From: Calcarisporiella thermophila CBS 279.70
Taxonomy: Eukaryota > Fungi > Calcarisporiellomycota
Reading direction: 5' to 3'
Length of the DNA: 64,000 nt
Assembly: GCF_041956535.1 (NCBI RefSeq)
Contig: NW_027192199.1
Coordinates: 825,693 to 889,692, forward strand
Shown here: piece after piece, positions 25,127 to 37,597 of the stretch
Layout of the letters: every line of letters starts with the position of its first letter
Position numbering within the stretch: the first letter of the stretch is position 1
Made by a program: the position numbers and the translations under genes
Notes under the pieces: generated by a model
Databases searched by the model: none
Seen by the model: the letters and a program-made list of their open reading frames with translations, nothing else
What the model was told of the DNA's origin: nothing

Positions 25127-26943
25127 ATGATGTTAATCCTACTTTTAATTGCATTCTCAGCTGTTGCTGCGGTGCCCTCCCAGTTTCCTTTCACGTCTGC
25201 TACACATGAAACTAATGTGTGCCCTTTCCCTCTGCCATATATTCCCCCTCCGTCATCTTCGCTACATGAACCTCCTCTACAAGCAGCGCTACATGACATT
25301 AAGAAATTGATTCTAAGATTTGAATCTGATTCAAGCGTTAAATCTCTCTCTGTTTCCTTGGTTCAGGGTCAGAATACTCTCTTGACTTACGGACCAGAAA
25401 ATTCCTACTATCTCATAGGTAGCATAACGAAAACCTTTGTGGGGCTACTCATGATGCTTATGCGAGATGAAGGGAAAATTTCACTGGAGGATAAACTAAA
25501 TAAATACATCCCCAGCTTCAAAATTCGAGACCCTTATTATGGAGGGTTCGCGTTGCCCACACTGAGAATGTTGGCTAGCCACGCCGCGGGACTTCCACGA
25601 GAACATTGTCCCGAACCAGATTGCAAAAAATATACTGAGGAACAAGTTTTGGAATATCTCTCTAATTCGGAGCTGCTCCGTCCGTTATACAGCGATACAC
25701 CTGCTTACTCGAATTTAGGAATCTCATTGCTGGGCCATGCTCTTGAGCGAGTATGCGGGAATGAATGGGGCGAATGTTTGAAGACATATGTTTTCAATAG
25801 GTTAGGAATGAACTCGACGGGCACGCTTGCAACTCCTGATCTCGTCGACAATTTCGCCCCGAATCCTTACGGGGATTCTAGCAAGCTTTTTAACGTTGGA
25901 TACGGAAATCCCTCTGGTATAAGTTTTAATATTTGCATATCTGGGTTTTTACTTGAGTTTATACTCTTGTTTTGAAGGTTCTATGTATACAACACTTCAC
26001 GATATCACCAAATTTGCTAAAGCTTTTCTAACCGACCAGCTTGGTCTTCAACCCTACTCTATCGATGAATGGACTCGCGCGCAAACCATACTCCCTGATG
26101 GGGAAACTGCGTTCGGAATGACTTTCGAGCTTTTACGCCCCTCGATTGAGACTGGATGGATGGTCTCCAAGTCAGGCAGTGTACCCGGATACAAATCCAT
26201 TATTTTATTCCACAAACAATTGAAGTTGGGGATCGTGGTTCTGGTAATTGTAGCCTCTCTCGTTTGCATTGGAAACAGAATGATATTTTGAATAATCATT
26301 ACAGGTGGGAGGAGAGAAGCGCCCCATTCTGGTGGCCACTGAAATAATGGAAAAAATTCTTCCTGCAATTAGAGGAAAGTTTGCTGCCTATGCTAAGACT
26401 CGCTATGTAGGCAAGTACGCGGGCGCGACGGATGAATGTACAGTAATGAAAGAGATAAATATTTGCAATGGGACATTGACGGTCGAGCTTAACAAGAACA
26501 AAAACACTCTGCGTGGCGAAGTGGATTTGAATTTTGTGTATTATAACATCACTGTGAACAACCGGTTTCAAGTCCTTCTCGTTCCGGATGAAGCCGATGT
26601 GGACAATAAGGTATGAGAACCATTGAATTTCACAAATGGCCTGTGAATCTAAATAACAGGTGGCATCCTTTGCCCGTGATTTTTGTCGATAACGCAGAGA
26701 TTTTATGTGGAGCCTGTTCTTGAAAATGACGAGGATATATCATGTTTATTCGCGGATTCCATAATAGGGGCAAGTACCAATGGTAAAGGAGTTCCAAACG
26801 ATCTAGTGCACTTCAGTTTCGAGCGTCAACATGAGTCAGACATGGGAAGCGAGATAATTTTTCAGAGGATCCCGAGAGAACGCTCTGCTACAAGTGTAAA
26901 ATGGATGGGGATGAATCTTGAAATGCTGAGACAAAATAACTGA
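25127..26943 (+). CDS. Secreted beta-lactamase-family serine hydrolase; multi-exon
   Basis: Signal peptide; SITK (SxxK), LASHAAGL, YSN and KSG motifs; introns near 25917-25977, 26243-26303 and 26611-26660. Confidence 0.85.
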
Positions 26944-27334
26944 TCCTAGAGCTCTACGAGCACATAGTATCCACCCAGCTAGTGATACACTTATGTCACT
27001 TAAAAGGTTTATCACTATAAGTTATGCTAATTTGGATTGATGAAGAGGCAGAGTAAGGATCTGGGGAAACTCCGCGTTTTTCAATTGGATGATTACCCCA
27101 AGAAAAAAAGAATGAAATTTGAATACAGAAGATTCAATATTCGAACAATAATGAAGCTGTCAAACGTGAACCCTTTAAGGGCGAAACAATATGGAGCAAT
27201 GCATCAGTTGAAGTGGAAATCGACAATAAATCGTTTATTTATACATATTAATCAAAAAATGATTTGGAAAACCGGAACCATGGAACATAGGCGGAGCAAT
27301 GACTCGGGTTTAAGCGTATGTTTTCTTCATTCGA

Positions 27335-27688
27335 TTACTGATAGCACTTATTGATAAACTGAGTGGATGACACAGCATACGCACCGCACTCTCTGGCAAA
27401 CCGGTCGCATGTGTCCTGGCAGAGGGCGACGTTCGAGTTGCACCTAGTGTCTCCAAAGCAACTTGGCAGAGTCGACATACAAACGCCTGAGGTCGCGTAT
27501 TTATTCTTGAGACATTCGACGAAGGCGGTAGTGTCCTTCAGCGGCATTGTCCATTTGCAGCTCTGATCACAGCCCTTTGAATTGTCCGTCAGGGAAACGT
27601 ACCATGTTTTGCACTCTTCATTATAAGATTGGGCGTTGACGAACAAGGCCATAGCGCATGCAACCAGGAGTTGAATTTTGAATGCCAT
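27335..27688 (-). CDS. Small secreted cysteine-rich protein (117 aa) with a Frizzled-CRD-like cysteine pattern
   Basis: Signal peptide MAFKIQLLVACAMALFVNA; 11 Cys in the mature part, including CMSTLPSC and LCQDTCDRFARECG. Confidence 0.75.
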   Translation of the reverse strand: MAFKIQLLVACAMALFVNAQSYNEECKTWYVSLTDNSKGCDQSCKWTMPLKDTTAFVECLKNKYATSGVCMSTLPSCFGDTRCNSNVALCQDTCDRFARECGAYAVSSTQFINKCYQ

Positions 27689-29108
27689 TGTGATGTTGTT
27701 AAGAGCAGAGGTAAGAATCAAGAAATTAACGGAGGCTAATGGACGAGTTGATTACGCAGCCGACCTCTTTACCCAAACCATGGTCCTTTTATACTTTCCA
27801 TCCTCCTTTACAATCACCCCATGGCAAATTACAGGCAAATTACGTTGATTAAGCTCTTTCCATTTGCGGGCAATTCTGGGTGCTTTTCGTGGGAATCAAG
27901 AATGAAACCCTAAGCATTGCCCTGAGTCTGGCCTCCAATCTAGATGTACCAACAATAAATAGAGCAGCTAAAACTCTCTTTATTCTCTATCTGCTAAGGA
28001 ATTGGTGCTTTCCCTGGGAATGTATTTTAGCAGACTTGCAATTGAGCGACTAATGTTTGACTCGCTCTGGGACAAGTGTCTGAGATGAGACGATTTGGAA
28101 AATTGAGTGGGGAAGGAACCTTCGATCTAAAATATCCAAAAACATAGTATATCGTTCTAAGATTGAGCTAAAAAGGATATTGCTTTGTTAAATTTGGGAA
28201 AGTGGTATTAGAGGGGAAAAGTAGCCTGATATTGGTGAAAATAATTGTAAAGAAATTCCACGTAGCAGCTCTTGTGCCTTTCCGTGACTGATATTAGTTT
28301 TGATATCCCGCCCGAAGTAAAACAAAGGAAATCTAGGTTTCACTTTTGCCACACGGAATAGAAAGCCGAAGCAGCGGTAATTCAGAACTAATTTTTCTTC
28401 TGATATTTCGAAACCTCTTTTTTTTTAAGACCATGCTCAATTAAAACACTTACATAACATGATTGACCTATCAAAGAATAATAAAATAAAGTAGGCTGCC
28501 AAGAGTAGTATACAATACGGTTTCTAGGCAAAACTAAAGAGATACTTTATGCAACACCAAAGAAAAAGAAAACAGTTAATTGTAAAACGGCTGAAGTTTC
28601 ATTGTAACTTTAGATATTCGATGCAGCTATTACCAAAGCAGAGAGAAGAAGGGCTAGAGGTGCGCACACGATTATGAAGAGAAACAAACAACTAAACTCG
28701 AGAATCAGAAAATCCGCGGTTAAGGTAGAGCGCGAGTCTTGGCAAAGAGATAGTTAATTCCAAGTATGCCCATGGTAGCGAATTTCTCCAACTTTGTAAG
28801 GATATATTATTCAAATATGGATTGATCTGAACGGGGCTCTATCCACGGCAGCAGAGGTTCCTTACACCTGAACTTTGTTCATTCTCAAAGAGTAAAATAA
28901 AATCTCCACGTGGTCTCTTATAATCAAGAATACAACAATTCCTAGAAATACAAGATGAAAATAAGAGCTGATTATAGAAGTGAAAAAAAATAAATGCGTG
29001 AAAATAAAAAAGCAATATACTGAAAGCATGTGTATTTGATAATCCCTATCAAAAGGTATGCCGAAAAAGGAAACCCAGGTATTTTGCCAGGAGTATGACT
29101 GACATTCA

Positions 29109-31716
29109 TTACGAGGCCTCATTTTCTCCAGGAGGCTTTACACTTGTAGCCGCTTTCACTAGCTGCTCCAGGTGATGGCGAACATTACATAACGCAGAAT
29201 AATCACTCCGTATGTCATTGAGCAGTGTCTCCTGACCTTTAAGAAATTGTTGGTCCTGTACAACTGTCTGCAGCTCTTGCTCCCATACTAGTCGCCATTT
29301 AGGCTTCACTGACTTTATACGCTCAGCTTGCACTGATATCGCAGCTTCCAGGATCTCGCTTTTCGCCCCTATTTCAGAGATATGTTCGGGAAGCGGAAGC
29401 AGACCATGCATCGTGGCACTTTGCATCGCATCCACCGTCTCCATCAGTTGTTTCAAATTCTCAGTGAGATACTCTGCCTGCAGAATTAGTTCGGACTTCA
29501 CCTGCCCTATCTCAGCGCGTTCATTAGAAACAGGTGGCGCCTGGCTAGCGTCTTGTGATGAGGTGACTTGATCCCGAATCCTGCGGATGGTGGAGCGAGT
29601 TTCGCACTGGATATGATAATTAAACTCGCGTAACATCTCGAACTGCTGATGAATCTCGCGCAGTTCTTTTTGGTGATTGCGAAGCTTGTTCACGGTCCTT
29701 GCATTGTTCATCGTCGCAGGCGGAGTTGTATCACGAGATTCTGCGGTGGAATTGTCTTCACCAACTGTTTGCGTGGCAGATTCATTGAGATTGGGCATAG
29801 TTGAACCAACTGGCCTCCAATGACGAGAATCGCCTTCGCTCAGATACATTGGATTTTGTTGACGTTGCGCGAACTGTAGAAGCAGATTAGTGTTTGTAGT
29901 CAGACTTTTCTTGAGACTAGCAAGCTCTTGTTCCATTTTCATTCTGTAGCTACTCTCTTCCGCTTTCTGCATTTGCGCATTGGTTTCTAACAGAAGCATA
30001 ACGGAAATCCAGTAAGATGTGAATAGAAAACAAGGGTGGGATAAAAATTCAAAAGCTACCATCGACATTGAGCGAAAGTATGGACCCATTACATATTTCG
30101 CCCACATTTTCCAATTCGTAAGATACTCTTCCATCGGGGGAGTAGATGTAGATGGGCGGAAAATCATATCCTTGAGGTGGTGTATAGCCAAACTTCTCGA
30201 GAAAGTGCACCCGGAGTGCAGAGATGGATAGTTCTCCTTCATGAAGTACCTTTTTCGTCTGCTTATCAACCCTCAGATAGAGCGTGATACCCTTGGACAC
30301 TTCCAAACTCTCTGTACCGTTAAACAGGAAGATCAGAAATCACAGTGAACGCTGTCATGGATGAATATGTCCATACGTTACCTTCAGGCTGGATCTGAGT
30401 TTTTTCAGCGACACTTGATACGTTTGCATTCGTTGGTGAAGTGGAAGGACTATCTTTTGACGATAACACCACCATTTCCCGTTCTTTCTTCCCCTCATCC
30501 CTCTCTGGTGTCTCGTCCGTCACCGTTGAATCAAGCCCAGTTTCTGTTGTCAACTGCCTCGAGTCCTCAGCAAACTTGCCTGGCTGAGAGAAGTACAAGT
30601 CTTTTTTCATAAGCACTGAAGAGCGTCGCTGCAGTCCCTCGCCGTGACTGAGAGCATGATATGCCGCAACAGCTTCGGGATTATTGCTCCACCCAGTCCA
30701 GGCATGCCGGAACTCCGGGTGCATTAGGGTTGGGACGGGTGCACGTCCTGGGTCGGGGAAGAGGTGGAAAGGTATAGGAGTAGTGGGAAAGTTTCCAGCT
30801 GAAGGGCCTACTCCTGGATAATATTCGCGGCCGGGTTGGAATATACCTCTTGGTGGAGGCGTGAGGACGGCCGGAGAGGGTGGATTAAATGGAGCGTGTT
30901 TAGCGGTCGTATCGAGAGCGGAAGGGATAGTTTTCATACTGTTGCTCATTGAGGTGCTTGAAAAGGACGAGGCTGCGTTCTTCATCTCAGGAGAAGTGGG
31001 AATAGGTATAGACTGAGTTGATGAACGTGATTTTTCCTCAGCGTCAGTAGCACCATTGCCATCTTGAATTGAACTTGTTATCTGAGGAGCTTGAGGTGGG
31101 AGTTGATGCTCATGAAAATGTTCTAAATTCGATACTAGATAGCGTACTTCGTCTTGCTTCTGGCGAAGCCCTTGTACTAAAGACAGTATTATCTTGCTGA
31201 TGTCCGGAAAATGAGATTGGAATGCCGCGGGGGGTTCTGCAAACAGAATGTTCAAACACGCTTCCAGCTTCGAAGGAATTAATTTCAACTCCCTAGTACA
31301 AAACCAGCAAGTTAGATAACACAGGCATAACCGACTGAAAAATATAAAAAAAGAATCCACCCTAGCTCGACTCCAAATCTTTGGAATGCCGCATTAGTTG
31401 CATTGAAGTTAATATTCAATGTGCTAAATGCTTCACGACAAATCTCTTCCGGGACTCTGGAGTGAGACCATTCTGAGAGCTGTGTGAGAAGCGTCTTAGT
31501 GGCACGTAACAATCGTCCTATGGGTTGCTCAATTTCATTTATCTAGAGCCAAAGTTGAATCGGGCTGCTGAAGTTAGGAACTATCACATAGTAAAAAATA
31601 AAAATAGAACACACAGGGCCACTCAGCCTACGTGAACTTGCAGGAGTCGAAAGGGATGGGGACACAGACTGTGGGCTCTGTGCCGTGTATTGTCGACCAT
31701 CGACTGATTCCGCCAT
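29109..31716 (-). CDS. BUD6: Actin-interacting protein Bud6/AIP3; multi-exon
   Basis: IEQPIGRLLRATKTLLTQLSEWS; LYLRVDKQTKKV...LRVHFLEKFGY...FPPIYI...YELEN...GSILSLN; KPKWRLVWEQELQTVVQDQQFL. Confidence 0.85.
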
Positions 31717-31871
31717 TGAGTTGAAAGGACATTCGATTCTTTTTCCCTGATCCGAGCACTATTAAGCTCGGACCTTATGTTCTGGCATGACCAAGCCACG
31801 AACCCTTTTACATGCTAACTCACGTTGAACCTTGATTTAATAACCACCGTTGTCCCTTTGAATTAGGGAGA

Positions 31872-33786
31872 ATGTATAACCCAAGCTCCTCGGCTCTGTC
31901 TTATTCCACAGCATTAGAGGAGCAACCAGGTGAGAATAGCCAGCTTTATCTACCAGGACCTTCCCTTTCTACAACCCACGAAAAACCGGCTTATTCGCAC
32001 GATGACAGAGAGATTGAAATGGAGGACAATGCTCAGGCAAGCCAAGAAGGGGATAAGCTCAAAACAGATCGGTTGCGTAAAATCGCGAACCAGATCGAGT
32101 TTTATTTTTCGGATGCCAATTTACAATGGGACATTCCACTGCGTGAGCGGCTGGACAAAAGTAGCGGATGTAGGTGTTCGTTGATAACTGTTGAATAGCT
32201 GTCTTGTTAAATACTTTAGAGTGCTTCCTTGGCTAACGAATTTTTTTCCACAAATTCAGTTGTGGAGTTGGAATTTCTTAACAGTCTGAGTCGTTTGACC
32301 CGGCTGAAAACAGATGAGCATGAATTGGAGACCGCGATCGCGGAATGTTGCATTTCCAAGCTTGAAGTAAATTTCGCTAATACTTTAATAAGTGTGCTTT
32401 ACTTTTCCTGATTTTTGCACACTTAAATTGTAGCTTAGTGCCGATAGAAAGCGGGTACGACGTATTATTCCGTTTCTTGCGCGCAATTCCGAAGAGGTGA
32501 CTGAGAGAACAGTATACGTGGTATGAAGTGGAATTCTTTAAATATCTTCGAGCAAGTCCTTACTTCCGGCGATTACATTCAACCCAGGAACATCTACGGC
32601 CTCCGTACACCACTCCGCACGCAATCGCTAGACTCTTCAAGAAACGCACCGGATTGCATGTTACGTTTGTGAGAGTGCCCGAGGTTCCCGGGCTCAAATT
32701 TTCTGGGTTTTGCTTTGTGGAATTTGAGAATGAGAGTGATATCGAGCGTGCGATTTCCGAGTTTCGGCCGAAGAGTCAGGATGGTGATGGTGGCGATTCT
32801 GATGAAGATAACTCGAAGGAGCTGAGAAAGGAAGAAAATCTAGCCCTTCGAATCATTCCAAAGTGAGTGTCTCTGTACTGAAAAACATTCTGACTCACTC
32901 GCTGACCCTGGTTGAATGCTAGGGCGAAATGGCTGGAATTGAAGGATGAATACTTGAAGTACCTCGGGGAGCGACAAAGGATGCAGCATAAAGTGCAACG
33001 ACAGATCGAATTGCGAAGAGAAGCATGCACTCAAGCCTCTTTGCAGTCTGCACCCTCCGAGGAGATGTCAGATGACTATCCAAAGGGCATCATCTTACTA
33101 GCACAGCATGTAAATGCGGACACCAAAAAAGATATATTGAAGGTGAGCATTTTTGTTCTCAATATGGATTCTGATCTGACCGCCTCATGCTTCCCGCTTA
33201 GAAACTTTTTGGAAAATACGGGGATATAGAATATGTAGACTACACAAGAAAAAACGACTTTGTATGTTGTATTTTGCTGGAGATATTTAAAATCGAGGCT
33301 AATATCACGAAATTTGTAGTGCTATCTTCGGATGAAAAGCTCGGAAGAATCCGAGAAACTCGCCAAACATTTCCGGGACCGCCGGCTTATGCAGAAATAT
33401 TTCGACGATATATCGCTAACGGAAGCCGACAATTCCAATCGGGCTCCGATCACTGTGCGAATCTTGAGTGGTAGCTCTTGCATTTAGAAATGATATAAGT
33501 CGGGATGGCGCCTTGTTTACACATTATTCTGTTTGTAGGCCAAGAGGAGGCTCAATACTGGCACCACATTGAGGCCATGCGCTCATCCAAACGTGCCAAA
33601 GATAAGCGACCAAACCCGAGTACATTACCACCTGCGCAACCCACTCCTATAATCCCCACCCTCTCTTCTAGTCTTAGCAAGGACGAAAACGAGTCCATTC
33701 CTCGTAAACGGCCAGCATCTGCTGTGACCTCTCCATCTGCATCCTCCGCGGCCAAACATATCCGCTTCGACGAGGACTCTGAATAG
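31872..33786 (+). CDS. La-related protein, LARP7/p65/Pof8-like (La motif + RRM1 + xRRM); multi-exon
   Basis: La motif QIEFYFSDANL; RRM FSGFCFVEFE; xRRM-like YPKGII...IEYVDY...RILSG-QEEAQYW; C-terminal KHIRF. Confidence 0.8.
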
Positions 33787-34327
33787 AAATCTACCGATAA
33801 AACTTGCATAGCATCTTATTTGCACTTAATCGCCTGTCATTCACTTTTGGAGCTTTTGACGCGAGCCAGTTAGGGTTGTTATATAAGCAAATTTGCAATA
33901 TGGTTTACACTTCGACAACAATCCCGACAAATTCTCTCTATTGCCATCCATCATTTCTAGAGATATCTATATAATCTTATCGTTTAACGCATAGCTCACA
34001 GTATAGTGCATTAATTCACTTAAGAGCTAATGTGCATGCGGATGTAGCTATGGAGGTCATCTAAAGAGTGGTTGCATAATAGGACCTAATTTGTAATACC
34101 AGGGGGTGGACCACGGTTTGATATTGCCCTAATTATTAATAAAAATGTGGGTGATATATTTTGTTCAAATTTGAGGCTCAAAGTACTCCCAGTAGCACAT
34201 ATTCAATGGAGATGGTGTAAAGAGTTTCCATTTCATGGTAATTATAATCCCACTATAAGTGGTTGTCTGAAACATTAATATTGCCAAATAGATCAAACCA
34301 ACTTTGACAAAAAATTGGACAAAAATT

Positions 34328-34400
34328 TGCTTCCACTGAGAATCGAACTCAGGACCTTCTGCTTACTAGGCAGACGCTCTGCCAGCTGAGCCATAGAAGC
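34328..34400 (-). tRNA. tRNA-Thr(AGT)
   Basis: GCTTCTA TGGCTCAGCTGGCAGAGCG TCTGC CTAGTAA GCAGA AGGTC CTGAG TTCGATT CTCAG TGGAAGC A folds as a cloverleaf; downstream TTTTT Pol III terminator. Confidence 0.93.
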
Positions 34401-34480
34401 TGATGAAAAGTTATCTCGTGATAAGTATTTATATCATCTATTTCTAATTTTCATCTCACCCTTTCGGGGGAGGGTTAGGG

Positions 34481-34556
34481 GGGAGGGTTAGTGTAGTGGA
34501 CTATCCCTGGTATGCCGATGAGAACGGCGTGGGTTCAAATCCCACTTCTCCCACCA
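34481..34556 (+). pseudogene. tRNA-like element with genomically encoded 3' CCA and an aberrant D/anticodon region
   Basis: Acceptor stem GGGAGGG/TTCTCCC followed by ACCA; A-box-like TAGTGTAGTGG; T-arm GTGGG-TTCAAAT-CCCAC; hairpin GCCG-ATGAGAA-CGGC; 5' end duplicated immediately upstream. Confidence 0.55.
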
Positions 34557-35811
34557 GCACTTACTCTTAGTTTGTGACTGCTGCCCACTTGATCAGAAAT
34601 TGAGTCTACATTATTGAAAGGATCCCTCCTACGATAAGTACAAAGATTACATCGGTTTCACGTACATGCTATTCACGACAACTGCGATACACGCATATTG
34701 ATTGAAAGTCTATCGATCAAGGACCTATATCTCGTTAAGTCCATTGACATTAACTTCATGTAATATATGGAAATTAAATAAAAGTTTCCATTGATTGATC
34801 AAAAAAAAAATTTGCCTTTTTTTTTTTCCTGGAGTGACGAAGCAACCCTTCCTCTCTCCCTATCCACTCTTTACTTCCTCTCCTCCTCTTTACTTCATAT
34901 CTCCCACCAAATACGCCCAACCAAGCAAAATATCGCTAGCTGAACAACTAGGACGCGAAATGCAAAAAATCGTGAGGTCCAAAGGGTGGTCAGCGTCCAT
35001 AAAGGATAAAAAAAGAAGATTTCCAAGCGTCTTGGTGTAAGGGAAGTTGGACACAAGTCCCAAGGAGACGAAATATTCTTCAAGCAAATCACTTAGCTCC
35101 AATACGACCTTGCCGAATACCCTACCACCCGCATTCCAATTTTTCCTTTTCCCCCTTTTTTTTTGTTTTTATTCTTTTCCTCTCTTGTATACTACCTTCC
35201 TTGAAAAATCGGATGGTATTCACACACTCTACCATTGCTTACATGTATTTCTTGTTTCTGAGGACTATCAAGTCACTTTATTAACGAAGAAGAATACTTT
35301 TTAATAAAGATCCTCCTAACAAAAAAGAAGCCTTTATTTTTGGCTGAATTTTACTTGAATGGTTGCATATTCTTAATTTTGGTCAATCATGTTCTTATTT
35401 ATAGACTTTTGATCCAGTATACTCAATCCTATTTCCGCGTTTTAACCGGAAAAATACCATCTGAGTGAGTTTCGATGCAAGACGAGGTTGAATTTGGGTA
35501 ACCACGAGGGAAAACGCGATGGCGCGTGAAAAAAGTCGGTTAAAATCCACCCTGGTAAAAGGGGTCTTTTAATACCGACCTTGTAGCAAAACCTGTATCT
35601 ATGTGGAGGCCAAATTTTCTTTTATACGGTTTTATATCGCCCTTTCATGTCCACTATTTCCTCCGCCCACTACATTTAAGATATTCTGCAGCTAAGCTCG
35701 AAAGAAGGCAAAGATTTTTATTGTCAGACAAAATTATAAGCCGTGGTATAAGAGGGTATGTTGTCAAATAAATTAACAAATAAACAGTCTATTCATAGTC
35801 TATAGTACAAA

Positions 35812-37597
35812 TCATTGGGGGACCCTCTCCCGCCAAACTGCACCGTATCTTTTGACGAGCAACAGGAGAAGCCCCGCCAAGACATTGATCCCTGCGAGAA
35901 GGACAGCAAGCCAGCCGTCGCCAAGTGCCTCTACCAGTGGCTGCGCAAATAAGGCAGAGACGGCGGCCATCAGGTTGCGAACAAAATTATTTACAGCCTA
36001 TAATGGATAACAAGTTAAGAAAGGATCGGGGGTGGGGGTGGGGGTGGGAGAAGCAAATGAGTACCGTGATGGAGGCGGTGCGACTTGGCATGGAATCTAC
36101 AAGGTAAGTTGAAATGCCCGTGAATACCAGCATAATGCCCAGCCCAACTATTCATTGATAATAGCTGTCAGCCAATATTATCGGGACATCTTAAGAGAAC
36201 CATATACAGGGATGAAAAAAAAAAAGAAAAAGCTCGTATTCTCACCGAAAAAATGCCCTATCAGGGGTAGAAACACAATCGAAACAGTGTCCAGCAACCA
36301 TCCATAGACGAGAGCGCCCGCGGGAACAAAAAGAAAGGACCCGGCCCACACATGCCATCCTAACCGATCCTCAGGAACAACATCACCCGCCCTTTTTCGA
36401 ACAAAATAGTCGCTTAGTCTTCCGCCCACGACACTGCCGAAGACGCACCCAACCCCAAGCCCAATGTACGTCAGCCCCGTTAGAGTGGAATCTAGCTTAT
36501 ACCTGGGGGCAAGCCGAGTTGGGATTAGAAGGTTCAGCACGGTGGCGGCGATAAAGGCGGACCCGATCTGGAATGCAGCAAGCAAAACAAATCGATACCG
36601 GATAAGGGCAAGGCTACGAAGCGGATTAAACAGCTTGAGTTGGTGGAAAATGGAATGCTTGATGGCCGGGGTAGAGGAGGCGAGAGTAGGGGGCTTCCGA
36701 TAGGTCTCGGGCAGGAAAAAAATAATGAGGATCAGCGTCACGGCGCCCATTAGGGCGGCAAAATAAAATGTAAATCGCCATGATAGTTTCGCCGTTAGAA
36801 CCCCCCCAATGACGGGGCCAATAATAGGCCCTAACAGTGGGCCAATATAATACATGCCAAATGCAGTTCCGCGCTCCTTTGGCTCCCATACATCGCATAC
36901 GATGGCGGCCCCTAAACTCTGGGGCGCCGATCCTCCTGTTGCCTGTAGCGCGCGGACTACAAGCAGGGCATAGACATTATCGAGAGAGGCACAAATGCAG
37001 GACGCGACAATGTGAATGATGAATCCAACCATAAGGATGAGTCGACGAGTACCTAGGCCTTCGCTGAGAGTAGCCCAGATGAGCGGGAAAATGGCCATGA
37101 AGATGGTGAACGAGGAAACTGCAGAATCATAAAAAAGGAAGCGCGTTAGTACTTGGAACACTGGGGTGACTCTAGCTGGGGAAGAAGAATACTTACCGGT
37201 GGCATTGACAGCAATGGCGGAAGCATTCAATTCGCGCTGAATGACGGGCAAAGCTGGATACTACGGGCGGCGAGAAATAGAAGTTTCATTAATCCCATAT
37301 CGGAGAGCTTAACAGAAGCCCCAAGAGCCAGCGACTTACATAAATGGTGCTGTTGATGGGCGATATTAGTCCGGAGAGGGCAATAATGAACAAAATGACC
37401 GTCTTGCGCAGAGTTGAAAAGTACTTTGGATCCTCCTCTACCGTAGCGCCGCAAAGATACTGAGAGATAACGCTTCTCCACCTGCTTCTCTTGTCAGAAG
37501 CCAAGGTCGCCTCCTCGCAGGCAAGGTCCCCGACGGTAATACGCTTCTCGCCCCGATCTTCGGTCGATTGCATCGATGTCGGTGTACTTGAGCCCAT
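35812..37597 (-). CDS. MFS drug:H+ antiporter (DHA1 family); multi-exon
   Basis: EEDPKYFSTLRK, ISPINSTIY, WATLSEGLGTRR, RALQATGGS, DVWEPKERGTAFG, GPLLGPIIGPVIGG, WRFTF, LPET, GGRLSD, PEDRL. Confidence 0.9.

Noticed and set aside
25127-26943. Beta-lactamase as a recently acquired bacterial resistance gene
   Set aside because: It has three spliceosomal introns and a signal peptide, and this serine hydrolase family is common in fungi.
34466-34492. AGGGTTAGGG resembling a telomeric repeat or telomerase template near the LARP7-like gene
   Set aside because: Only about 1.5 units, and explained by duplication of the tRNA-like element's 5' end; no other telomerase RNA features are visible.
34481-34556. 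Possible selenocysteine tRNA
   Set aside because: No TCA anticodon and no extended acceptor or D stems.
35812-37597. DHA1 exporter as part of the NRPS-like cluster
   Set aside because: It lies about 17 kb from the synthetase and outside the WOPR-bracketed block; no sequence evidence links it, though it cannot be excluded.
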